Both the position numbers and the translations under genes were made by a program. 64,000 bases of DNA from the human T2T-CHM13v2.0 reference genome, Homo sapiens. The DNA lies in the NCBI RefSeq assembly GCF_009914755.1, contig NC_060940.1. One strand, 5' to 3'. A model generated the notes under the pieces. The model was not told the DNA's origin. It saw nothing but the letters and a program-made list of their open reading frames with translations, and searched no databases. This document shows, in pieces, positions 1 to 14,000 of this stretch (within the stretch, counting starts at the first letter, position 1; every line of letters starts with the position of its first letter).

Positions 1-3000
1 TCGTGTCCATTCGATGATTCCATTTGATTCCATATGATGATGATTCCATTCGATTCCATACGATGATGATTCCATTCGAGTCCATTCAATGGTGATTCCA
101 TTCAATTCCATTCGATGATTCCTTTCGATTCCATTCAATGATGATGGCATTCAATTCCTTTCGATCATTCCCTTTGATTCCATTCAAAGGTGATTTCATT
201 CAAGTCCATTCGATAATTGCATTCGATTCCATTCTATGATGATTCCATTCGAGTCCATTTGATGATTCCATTCAATTCAAGTCAATGATGATTCCATTCG
301 ATTCCACTCGATGATTCCATTGGATTCCATTCGATGATGATTCCATTCAAATCCATTCGATAATTCAATTCAAGTCCATTCGATGATGATTCCAATCGAA
401 TCCATTCAAAGATTCCACTCAATTCCATTCGATGATGATTCCCTTAGATTCCATTTGATGATTCCACTTGATTCCATTTACGATGATTCCATTCGATTCC
501 ATGTGATGATTCCATTCAATTCTATTCAATGAAGTTTCCACTTGATTCCATTCGAACATGATTGCCTTTGATTCCATTCAATGATTCCATACGGTTCCAT
601 TTGATGATGATTCCATTCGAGTGCATTAGATGATTCCATTCGAGTCCATTCGATGATTCCATTCGATTCCATTCGATGTTGATTCTGTTCAAATCCATTC
701 GATGATTCCACTCGATTCCATTCGATGACTCCATTTGATCCCATTCGATGATTTCCTTTGATTCCCTTTGATGATCATTCCATTTGATTCAATTCGGTGA
801 TTTCTTTTGATTCCATTCAGTGATGTTTCCATTCAACTCCTTTCGATGATGATTCCATTCGACTCCATTCGATTATGATTTCATTCAATTCCATTCGATA
901 ATGATTCCCTTCAAGTCCATTCGATGCTTCCATTCGATTCCATTCAACGATGATTTGATTCGTGTCCATTCGATGATTCCATTTGATTCCATTTGATGAT
1001 GATTCCATTCGAGTCCCTTTGATGATTCCATTCAATTCCATTCTCCGATGATTTCTTTTGAGCCCATTCAATGCTTCCACTCGATTCCATATGATGATGA
1101 CTCCATTTGATGAAATTCCATGATGATTCCATTCGCTTGCATTCGATGATGATTCCACTTGAGTCCGTTAGAAGATTCTATTCAATTACATTCCATGACG
1201 ATTCTGTCCGAGTCCATTTGATGATTCCATTAGACTCCATTCGACGATGATTCCATTCGATGTTATTCGTTGATGATTCCATTCAACTCCATTCGAAGTT
1301 TCCATTCGAGTTCATTCTATTATTCCATTAGATTCCATTCGATGATGATTCCATTCGATTCCATTTGATGATTGCATTCTATTTCATTTGATGATGATTC
1401 CATTCGAGTCCATTCGATGATTCCATTCGAGTCCATTTAATGAATCCATTGGTTTCAATTCTATGATGATTACATTGGATTCCATTCGTTGATGATTTCA
1501 TTCGATTCCATTCAATGATGATTCCATTCAATTCCATTCAATGATTCCATTCAATTCCATACGATGATGATTCCATTTGATTTGATTCGACAGTGAGCCA
1601 TTCGATTCAATTCCATGATGATTCTATTTGATTCAATTGGTTGACATTTCCATTCGATTCCATTCGATGATGATTCCATTTGATTCCATTCAAAGATGAT
1701 TCCATTCTAGCCCATTCAATCATTCCATTCGATTCTATTCAATGATGATTCCATTCATGTCGATTTGGTGATTCCATTTGACTTCATTTGATGATGATTC
1801 CTTTCAAGTTCATTAGATGATTCCATTCGATTCCATTCGATGATTCCATTCTATTCTATTCAATGGTGATTCCATTCGAGTACATTAGATGATTCCATTC
1901 GATTCCATTCAATGATGATTCTATTTGTGTCCCTTAGATGGTTCCACATGATTCCATTTCATGATGATACTATTTGAGCCCATCCAATGATTCCCTTCGA
2001 TTCCATTCGATGAGGATTCCATTCGATTCAATTCATTGGTGATTCTATTCAATTCAATTCTTTGATTCCATTCCATTCCATTCGACAATGATTCCATTCG
2101 ATTTCTTTCGATGATTCCACTCGATTCCACTTGACATTGATTCCATTCGATTCCATTCAATGATTCCGTTTGATTCCAGTGGATGATGATTGCCATCGAT
2201 TCCATTCGATCACTCCATTCTATTCCATTTGATGATGATTACATTCGATTCCATTTGATGATTCCATCTGATTCTATTCGAGGATTCCATTTGATTCCAT
2301 TCGATGATGATTCCATTCGAGTGCATTCGATGATTTCATTCGAGTACATCCAATGATTCCATTCGAGTCCATTTGATGATTCCATTTAATTCCATTTGAT
2401 TATGATTCTACTAGAGTCCATTCAATGACTCCATTCGAATCCATTCAACAATTCCATTAGAGGCCATTCGATGATTCCATTTCATGATTCCATTCGAGTC
2501 CATTTAATCATTACAGTCGAGTCCATTTGGTGATTCCACTGGATTTCTTTTGATAATGATACCATTCAATTACATTTGATGATGATCCCATTCAATTTCA
2601 TTTGATGGTGATTCCATTAGAGTCCATTCGATGATTTCATTCGAGTCCCTTCATTGATTCCATCCGATTTCATTTGATGATGACTCCATTCGAGTCCATT
2701 CGATGATTCCACTCGATTCCATCAGATGGTTCCATTGGAGTCCATTTGATTGTTCCATTCGATTCTATTCGATTCCTTTCGAAGATTATTCCATTTGAGT
2801 CCATTCGATGATGATTCCATTCCATTCCATTCGATGATTCCGTTTGATTCCATTCGATGATTCCCTTCGATTCCTTTCTTTGATGATTCCATTCCATTCC
2901 ATTCAATGATTCCATTCGAATCTATTCCATGATGATTCCTTTCGATTCCATTCGCTGATGTTTCCGTTCAATTCCATTCGATGATGATTCCATTCGATTC

Positions 3001-4067
3001 CATTCATTGAGGATTCCATTTGATTCCATTCAATGATGATTCCATTCTATTCCATTCAATGATTGCATTCAATTCCATTCAATGATTATCCCATTAGAGT
3101 AAACTCAACGATTCCATTCAATACCATTCGATGATGATTCCTTTTGAGTCCATTCAATGATTTCATTCAAGTCCATTTGATGATTCCTTTCAATTCCATT
3201 CTATGATGATTCCATTCGAGTCCATTCGATGATTCCATTCGATTGCATTCGATGATTCCATTATATTCCATTCAACAATGATTCCATTCGAGTCCATTCG
3301 ATGATTCCATTAGAGTACATTTAATGATTGCTTTGTTTTCAATTCGAAGATGATTACATTGGATTCCATTCTATGATACCATTCGATTCCATTCAATGAT
3401 GATTCCACTCAAATCCATTGGATGATTCCATTCGTGTCCATTCGGTGATTTCCTTAGATTCCATTCGAGGATGATTCCATTCGATTCCATTCGATGATTC
3501 CATTCAATTCCATTCGATGATGATTCCATTCCAGTCCATATGATCATTCCATTTGATTTCATTCGATGGATGATTCCATTCGATTCCATTCGATGATTCC
3601 ATTCTATTCCATTCGATGATGATTCCATTCGAGTCCATTCGATGATTCCATTCGAGTCCATTTAATGATTCCATTGGGTTCAATTCAATGATGATTACAT
3701 TGGATTCCGTTCTATGATTCCATTCAATTCCGTTCATTGACAATTTGATTCCATTCGATGATGATTCCATTTGAGTTCATTCGATGATTCTATTTGATTC
3801 TCTTCGATGGTGATTCAATTCTATTATATTGGATGATTCCATTCGATTCCATTTGATGTTGATTCAATTCGATTCTATTCGATGATGATTCCATTGGATT
3901 TCACTTGATGATTCTATTCGATTCCATTCAATGATGATTCACTTCTCGTCCATTGGATGATTCCATTTCATTCCATTCGATGATGATTCCATTCGATTCC
4001 ATTCGATGATTCCATTTGATTCCATGCGTCGGTGAGCAATTCGATTCAATTCCATGATGATTCTATT

Positions 4068-4078
4068 TGATTCAATTA
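4068..4078 (-). promoter_or_regulatory. DUX4 consensus-matching site TAATTGAATCA (also 10203, 16338, 29471, 32081, 43363, 50502, 62806)
   Basis: TGATTCAATTA on the + strand matches the reverse complement of TAAYBBAATCA. DUX4 binding and induction of HSATII are established, but occupancy of these copies is not shown. Confidence 0.55.
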
Positions 4079-4869
4079 GATGATGTTTCCATTCGAATCC
4101 ATTCCATGATTATTCCATTGGAATCCATTCGGCGATGATTCCATATGAGTCAATTCAATGATGATTCCATATGGGTCCGTTCGATGATAATTCCATTTGA
4201 TTTCATTCGGTGCTTCTATTCAATTCCAGTCGATGATGATTCCGTTGGAGTCCATACGATGATTCCATTTGATTTCATTTGATGATGATTCCATTCGATG
4301 ATGATTACATTGGATTCCATTCTATGATTCCATTCAATTCCATTCGTTGATGATTCGATTCCATTCAATGATGATTCCATTTGAGTTCATTCGATGATTC
4401 TATTCGATTCCGTTCGATGGTGATTCAATTCTCTTATATTGGATGAATCCACTCGATTCCATTTGATGATTATTCCATTGGAGTCCACTTAGTGAATCCT
4501 TCAGATTCTACTCGAAGATGATTCCATTCAAGTCCATTCGATGATACCATTCAATTCCATTCGTTGATGCTTCCATTCAAGTGCATTCGATGATATCATT
4601 CGATTCCATTTGATGATAATTCCATTTGATTCCATGCGATGATTCTATTCGATTCCATTCAATGATAATTCCATTCAGTTCAGTGATTCCTCTGGACTCC
4701 ATTTGATGATGATTCCATTCAATGATTCCATTCGATTCTATTCGAAAGTGATTCCATTTGAATCCATTTGATGATGATTCCATTAGATTCCATTTGATGA
4801 TTCCATTCGATTCCATGCGACGATGGTTCCATTCGATTCCATGTGATGATTCCATTCTATTCTATTCGA

Positions 4870-5075
4870 TGATGATTCCATTCGATTCCATTCGATGATG
4901 ATTGGATTCGATTCCATTTGATGATATCATTTGATTCCATTCGTTAATGATTTCGATCAATTCCATTCGATGATTCCATTCGATTCCATTCGATGATGAT
5001 TGGGTTTGATTCCATTTGATGATTTCATTTGATTCCATTCGTTAATGATTTCGATCAGTTCCATTCGATGATTCC
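4870..5075 (+). repeat. 98-bp tandem duplication private to the 6135-bp units (also about 11005-11210 and 17140-17345)
   Basis: gttaatgatttcgatca occurs at 4943 and 5041, and attgg at 4901 and 4999. The segment is single in the units at about 32.9, 44.2, 51.3 and 57.5 kb. Confidence 0.92.
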
Positions 5076-8000
5076 ATTCGATACCATTCGATAATGATTA
5101 CATCCGTGTCCATTCAATGATTCCATTTGAGACTGTTCGATAATTCCATTTGAGTCCAACCAATGATTCCATTCATTTCCATTCAATGATTCCATTCGAG
5201 TCCATTTGATCATTCCGGTAGGGTCCATTCGATGTTCATTCCATTGGAGTGCATTCGATGATTCCATTCGAGTCCATTTTAGGATTTGATTCGAGTCCTT
5301 TCGATGATTCCATTCGATTCCACTCGATGATGATTTCATTCGAGTCCATTCGACACTTCCAATCGATTCCATTTGATGTTTCCATTCGAGTCCAATTGAT
5401 GATTCCATTCAATTCCATTCGATGATGATTCCGTACGATTCCATTCTGTGATGATTCCATGTGATTGCATTCAATGATGATTCCTTTAAATTGCATTCGA
5501 TTGTGATTCATTTCGTCTTCATTCTATGGTTCCACAGGTTTCCATTCGTGTCCATTCCATTATTCCATTCTATTCCATTTGATGATGATTCCATTCGATT
5601 CCATTCACTGGTGATTCCACTCAATTCCATTCAATGATTCCATTCCATTTCTTTCAACAATGATTCCATTAGTTTCTATTCGATGATCCACTTGATTCCA
5701 CTTGACGACGATTCCATTCGTGTCCATTCAATGATTCCATTTGATTCCATATGATGATGATTCCATTCGATTCCATACGATGATGATTCCATTCGAGTCC
5801 ATTCAATGGTGATTCCATTCAATTCCATTCGATGATTCCTTTCGATTCCATTCGATGATGATGGCATTCGATTCCTTTCAATCATTCCCTTTGATTGCAT
5901 TCAAAGGTGATTTCACTCAAGTCCATTCGATAATTGCATTCGATTCCATTTTATGATGATTCCATTCGAGTCCATTTGATGATTCCATTCAATTCAAGTC
6001 AATGATGATTCCATTCGATTCCATTCGATGATTCCATTGGATTCCATTCGATGATGATTCCATTCAAATCCATTCGATAATTCAATTCAAGTCCATTCGA
6101 TGATGATTAAAATCGAATCCATTCAAAGATTCCATTCAGTTCCATTCGATGATTCCCTTAGATTCCATTCGATGATTCCACTTGATTTCATTTACGATGA
6201 TTCCATTCGATTCCATGTGATGATTCCATTCAATTCTATTCAATGCTGTTTCCATTTCTTTCCATTCGACCATGATTGCCTTTGATTCCATTCAATGACT
6301 CCATTCGGTTCCTTTTGATGATGATTCCGTTCGATTCCATTTCATTATTCCATTTGATTCCATTGGATGAGTCCATTCGATTACATTCGATGATTATTCC
6401 ATTCGAGTGCATTAGATGATTCCATTCGAGTCCATTCGATGATTCCATTCGATTCCATTCGATGTTGATTCTGTTCAAATCCATTCGATGATTCCACTCG
6501 ATTCCATTCGATGACTCCAGTTGATCCCATTCGATGATTTCCTTTGATTCCCTTTGATGATCATTCCATTTGATTCAATTCGGTGATTTCATTTGATTCC
6601 ATTCAGTGATGTTTCCATTCGACTCCATTCGATGATGATTCCATTCGACTCCATTCGATTATGATTTCATTCAATTCCATTCGATAATGATTCCCTTCGA
6701 GTCCATTCGATGATTCCATTCGATTCCATTCAACGATGATTTGATTCGTGTCCATTCGATGATTCCATTTGATTCCACTTGATGATGATTCCATTCGAGT
6801 CCATTTGATGATTCCATTCAATTCCATTCTCCGATGATTTCTTTTGAGCCCATTCAATGCTTCCACTCGATTCCATATGATGATGACTCCATTCGATGAA
6901 ATTCGATGATGATTCCATTCGCTTGCATTCGATGATGATTCCACTTGAGTCCATTAGAAGATTCTATTCAATGTTATTCGATGATTCCATTCGATCTCAT
7001 TCGATGATGATTCCATTCAACTCCATTCGATGTTTCCATTCGAGTTCATTCTATTATTCCATTAGATTCCATTCGATGATGATTCCATTCGATTCCATTT
7101 GATGATTGCATTCTATTTCATTTGATGATGATTCCATTCGAGTCCACTCGATGATTCCATTCGAGTCCATTTAATGAATCCATTGGTTTCAATTCTATGA
7201 TGATTACATTGGATTCCATTCGTTGATGATTTCATTCGGTTCCATTCAATGATGATTCAATTCAATTCCTTTCAATGTTTCCATTCAATTCCATACGATG
7301 ATTATTCCATTTGATTTGATTCGACAGTGAGCCATTCGATTCAATTCCATGATGATTCTATTTGATTCCATTGGTTGACATTTCCATTCGATTCCATTCG
7401 ATGATGATTCCCTTTGATTCCATTCAAAGATGATTCCATTCTAGCCCATTCAATCATTCCATTCGATTCTATTCAATGATGATTCCATTCATGTCGATTT
7501 GGTGATTCCATTTGACTTCATTTGATGATGATTCCTTTCAAGTTCATTAGATGATTCCATTCGATTCCATTTGATGATGATCCCATTCGAGTCCATTCAG
7601 TGATTCCACTCGTTTCCATTCCATGATGATTCCATTCCATTCCATGCAATGATTCCATTCGATTCCGTTTGATGATGATTTCATTCGAGTCCATTTGATG
7701 ATTCCATTTGATTCCATTCGATGATGATTCCATTCGAGTCCATTCGATGATTCTATTCGAATCCATTTGATGATTTCTTTTGATTATAGTTGGTGATGAT
7801 TCCATTGGAGTCCATTCAATGATTCCATTCGATTCCAATCGATGGTGATTCCATTAGAGTCCATTTAATGATTCCATTTGATTCCAGTCTCTGATGATTA
7901 CATTTGAGTCCATACGATGATTCCACTCAATTCCATATGATGATGATTCCATTCGATTCCATTCGATGATTCCATTCTATTCTATTCAATGGTGATTCCA

Positions 8001-11000
8001 TTCGAGTACATTAGATGATTCCATTCGATTCCATTCAATGATGATTCTATTTGTGTCCCTTAGATGATTCCACATGATTCCATTAGATGATGATACTATT
8101 TGAGCCCATCCAATGATTCCCTTCGATTCCATTCGATGAGGATTCCATTCGATTCAATTCATTGGTGATTCTATTCAATTCAATTCTTTGATTCCATTCC
8201 ATTCCATTCGACAATGATTCCATTCGATTTCTTTCGATGATTCCACTCGATTCCACTTGACATTGATTCCCTTCGATTCCATTCAATGATTCCATTTGAT
8301 TCCAGTGGATGATGATTGCCATCGATTCCATTTGATCACTCCATTCTATTCCACTTGATGATGATTACATTCGATTCCATTTGACGATTCCATCTGATTC
8401 TATTCGAGGATTCCATTTGATTCCATTCGATGATGATTCCATTCGAGTCCATTCGATGATATCATTCGAGTACATCCAATGATTCCATTCGAGTCCATTT
8501 GATGATTCCATTTGATTCCATTTGATAATGATTCTACTAGAGTCCATTCAATGACTCCATTGGAGTCCATTCAACAATTCCATTCGACTCCATTTGATGA
8601 TTCCATTGGATTCCATTTGATGATTCCATTCGAGTCCATTTAATCATTACAGTCGAGTCCATTTGGTGATTCCACCGGATTTCTTTTGATAATGATACCA
8701 TTCAATTACATTTGATGATGATCCCATTCAATTTCATTTGATGATGATTCCATTAGAGTCCATTCGATGATTTCATTCGAGTCCCTTCATTGATTCCATC
8801 CGATTTCATTGGATGATGACTCCATTCGAGTCCATTCGATGATTCCACTCGATTCCATTAGATGATTCCATTGGAGTCCATTTGATTGTTCCATTCGATT
8901 CCATTCGATTCCTTTCGAAGATTATTCCATTTGAGTCCATTCGATGATGATTCCATTCCATTCCATTCGATGATTCCGTTTGATTCCATTCGATGATTCC
9001 CTTCGATTCCTTTCTTTGATGATTCCATTCCATTCCATTCAATGATTCCATTCGAATCTATTCCATGATGATTCCTTTCGATTCCATTCGCTGATGTTTC
9101 CGTTCAATTCCATTCGATGATGATTCCATTCGATTCCATTCATTGAGGATTCCATTTGATTCCATTCAATGATGATTCCGTTCTATTCTATTCAATGATT
9201 GCATTCAATTCCATTCAGTGATTATCCCCTTAGAGTAAACTCAACGATTCCATTCAATACCATTCGATGATGATTCCTTTTGAGTCCATTCAATGATTTC
9301 ATTCAAGTCCATTTGATGATTCCTTTCAATTCCATTCTATGATGATTCCATTCGAGTCCATTCGATGATTCCATTCGATTGCATTCGATGATTCCATTAT
9401 ATTCCAGTCAACAATGAATCCATTCGAGTCCATTCGATGATTCCATTAGAGTACATTTAATGATTGCTTTGTTTTCAATTCGAAGATGATTACATTGGAT
9501 TCCATTCTATGATACCATTCGATTCCATTCAATGATGATTCCACTCAAATCCATTGGATGATTCCATTCGTGTCCATTCGGTGATTTCCTTAGATTCCAT
9601 TCGAGGATGATTCCATTCGATTCCATTCGATGATTCCATTCAATTCCATTCGAGGATGATTCCATTCCAGTCCATATGATCATTCCATTTGATTTCATTC
9701 GATGATGATTCCATTCGATTCCATTCGATGATTCCATTCTATTCCATTCGATGATGATTCCATTCGAGTCCATTCGATGATTCCATTCGAGTCCATTTAA
9801 TGATTCCATTGGGTTCAATTCAATGATGATTACATTGGATTCCGTTCTATGATTCCATTCAATTCCGTTCATTGACAATTTGATTCCATTCGATGATGAT
9901 TCCATTTGAGTTCATTCGATGATTCTATTCGATTCTCTTCGATGGTGATTCAATTCTATTATATTGGATGATTCCATTCGATTCCATTTGATGTTGATTC
10001 AATTCGATTCTATTCGATGATGATTCCATTGGATTTCACTTGATGATTCTATTCGATTCCATTCAATGATGATTCACTTCTCGTCCATTGGATGATTCCA
10101 TTTCATTCCATTCGATGATGATTCCATTCGATTCCATTCGATGATTCCATTTGATTCCATGCGTCGGTGAGCAATTCGATTCAATTCCATGATGATTCTA
10201 TTTGATTCAATTAGATGATGTTTCCATTCGAATCCATTCCATGATTATTCCATTGGAATCCATTCGGCGATGATTCCATATGAGTCAATTCAATGATGAT
10301 TCCATATGGGTCCGTTCGATGATAATTCCATTTGATTTCATTCGGTGCTTCTATTCAATTCCAGTCGATGATGATTCCGTTGGAGTCCATACGATGATTC
10401 CATTTGATTTCATTTGATGATGATTCCATTCGATGATGATTACATTGGATTCCATTCTATGATTCCATTCAATTCCATTCGTTGATGATTCGATTCCATT
10501 CAATGATGATTCCATTTGAGTTCATTCGATGATTCTATTCGATTCCGTTCGATGGTGATTCAATTCTCTTATATTGGATGAATCCACTCGATTCCATTTG
10601 ATGATTATTCCATTGGAGTCCACTTAGTGAATCCTTCAGATTCTACTCGAAGATGATTCCATTCAAGTCCATTCGATGATACCATTCAATTCCATTCGTT
10701 GATGCTTCCATTCAAGTGCATTCGATGATATCATTCGATTCCATTTGATGATAATTCCATTTGATTCCATGCGATGATTCTATTCGATTCCATTCAATGA
10801 TAATTCCATTCAGTTCAGTGATTCCTCTGGACTCCATTTGATGATGATTCCATTCAATGATTCCATTCGATTCTATTCGAAAGTGATTCCATTTGAATCC
10901 ATTTAATGATGATTCCATTAGATTCCATTTGATGATTCCATTCGATTCCATGCGACGATGGTTCCATTCGATTCCATGTGATGATTCCATTCTATTCTAT

Positions 11001-14000
11001 TCGATGATGATTCCATTCGATTCCATTCGATGATGATTGGATTCGATTCCATTTGATGATATCATTTGATTCCATTCGTTAATGATTTCGATCAATTCCA
11101 TTCGATGATTCCATTCGATTCCATTCGATGATGATTGGGTTTGATTCCATTTGATGATTTCATTTGATTCCATTCGTTAATGATTTCGATCAGTTCCATT
11201 CGATGATTCCATTCGATACCATTCGATAATGATTACATCCGTGTCGATTCAATGATTCCATTTGAGACTGTTCGATAATTCCATTTGAGTCCAACCAATG
11301 ATTCCATTCATTTCCATTCAATGATTCCATTCGAGTCCATTTGATCATTCCGGTAGGGTCCATTCGATGTTCATTCCATTGGAGTGCATTCGATGATTCC
11401 ATTCGAGTCCATTTTAGGATTTGATTCGAGTCCTTTCGATGATTCCATTCGATTCCACTCGATGATGATTTCATTCGAGTCCATTCGACACTTCCAATCG
11501 ATTCCATTTGATGTTTCCATTCGAGTCCAATTGATGATTCCATTCAATTCCATTCGATGATGATTCCGTACGATTCCATTCTGTGATGATTCCATGTGAT
11601 TGCATTCAATGATGATTCCTTTAAATTGCATTCGATTGTGATTCATTTCGTCTTCATTCTATGGTTCCACAGGTTTCCATTCGTGTCCATTCCATTATTC
11701 CATTCTATTCCATTTGATGATGATTCCATTCGATTCCATTCACTGGTGATTCCACTCAATTCCATTCAATGATTCCATTCCATTTCTTTCAACAATGATT
11801 CCATTAGTTTCTATTCGATGATCCACTTGATTCCACTTGACGACGATTCCATTCGTGTCCATTCAATGATTCCATTTGATTCCATATGATGATGATTCCA
11901 TTCGATTCCATACGATGATGATTCCATTCGAGTCCATTCAATGGTGATTCCATTCAATTCCATTCGATGATTCCTTTCGATTCCATTCGATGATGATGGC
12001 ATTCGATTCCTTTCAATCATTCCCTTTGATTGCATTCAAAGGTGATTTCACTCAAGTCCATTCGATAATTGCATTCGATTCCATTTTATGATGATTCCAT
12101 TCGAGTCCATTTGATGATTCCATTCAATTCAAGTCAATGATGATTCCATTCGATTCCATTCGATGATTCCATTGGATTCCATTCGATGATGATTCCATTC
12201 AAATCCATTCGATAATTCAATTCAAGTCCATTCGATGATGATTAAAATCGAATCCATTCAAAGATTCCATTCAGTTCCATTCGATGATTCCCTTAGATTC
12301 CATTCGATGATTCCACTTGATTTCATTTACGATGATTCCATTCGATTCCATGTGATGATTCCATTCAATTCTATTCAATGCTGTTTCCATTTCTTTCCAT
12401 TCGACCATGATTGCCTTTGATTCCATTCAATGACTCCATTCGGTTCCTTTTGATGATGATTCCGTTCGATTCCATTTCATTATTCCATTTGATTCCATTG
12501 GATGAGTCCATTCGATTACATTCGATGATTATTCCATTCGAGTGCATTAGATGATTCCATTCGAGTCCATTCGATGATTCCATTCGATTCCATTCGATGT
12601 TGATTCTGTTCAAATCCATTCGATGATTCCACTCGATTCCATTCGATGACTCCAGTTGATCCCATTCGATGATTTCCTTTGATTCCCTTTGATGATCATT
12701 CCATTTGATTCAATTCGGTGATTTCATTTGATTCCATTCAGTGATGTTTCCATTCGACTCCATTCGATGATGATTCCATTCGACTCCATTCGATTATGAT
12801 TTCATTCAATTCCATTCGATAATGATTCCCTTCGAGTCCATTCGATGATTCCATTCGATTCCATTCAACGATGATTTGATTCGTGTCCATTCGATGATTC
12901 CATTTGATTCCACTTGATGATGATTCCATTCGAGTCCATTTGATGATTCCATTCAATTCCATTCTCCGATGATTTCTTTTGAGCCCATTCAATGCTTCCA
13001 CTCGATTCCATATGATGATGACTCCATTCGATGAAATTCGATGATGATTCCATTCGCTTGCATTCGATGATGATTCCACTTGAGTCCATTAGAAGATTCT
13101 ATTCAATGTTATTCGATGATTCCATTCGATCTCATTCGATGATGATTCCATTCAACTCCATTCGATGTTTCCATTCGAGTTCATTCTATTATTCCATTAG
13201 ATTCCATTCGATGATGATTCCATTCGATTCCATTTGATGATTGCATTCTATTTCATTTGATGATGATTCCATTCGAGTCCACTCGATGATTCCATTCGAG
13301 TCCATTTAATGAATCCATTGGTTTCAATTCTATGATGATTACATTGGATTCCATTCGTTGATGATTTCATTCGGTTCCATTCAATGATGATTCAATTCAA
13401 TTCCTTTCAATGTTTCCATTCAATTCCATACGATGATTATTCCATTTGATTTGATTCGACAGTGAGCCATTCGATTCAATTCCATGATGATTCTATTTGA
13501 TTCCATTGGTTGACATTTCCATTCGATTCCATTCGATGATGATTCCCTTTGATTCCATTCAAAGATGATTCCATTCTAGCCCATTCAATCATTCCATTCG
13601 ATTCTATTCAATGATGATTCCATTCATGTCGATTTGGTGATTCCATTTGACTTCATTTGATGATGATTCCTTTCAAGTTCATTAGATGATTCCATTCGAT
13701 TCCATTTGATGATGATCCCATTCGAGTCCATTCAGTGATTCCACTCGTTTCCATTCCATGATGATTCCATTCCATTCCATGCAATGATTCCATTCGATTC
13801 CGTTTGATGATGATTTCATTCGAGTCCATTTGATGATTCCATTTGATTCCATTCGATGATGATTCCATTCGAGTCCATTCGATGATTCTATTCGAATCCA
13901 TTTGATGATTTCTTTTGATTATAGTTGGTGATGATTCCATTGGAGTCCATTCAATGATTCCATTCGATTCCAATCGATGGTGATTCCATTAGAGTCCATT

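Noticed and set aside
2066-2900. (CATTC)n runs suggesting HSat3
   Set aside because: The runs are only 3-4 pentamers long and are embedded in CATTCGATTC/ATGATG HSat2 context.
3565-3572. 1-bp insertion (gatggatg) that splits an ORF artefact relative to 9507-9905
   Set aside because: It is not a pseudogene frameshift because the ORF is spurious; it is a private variant or a sequencing error.
5505-5555. Atypical island tttcgtcttcattctatggttccacaggtttcc as a possible foreign insert or splice acceptor
   Set aside because: It is readable as degenerate satellite monomers, recurs once per unit, and has no target-site duplication or exon evidence. It is used only as a landmark.
6100-13237. Plus-strand ORFs (6100, 6896, 12235, 13031; also 58628)
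   Set aside because: These are short chance openings of 61-68 aa made of FDDSIRFHSMMIP satellite translation.
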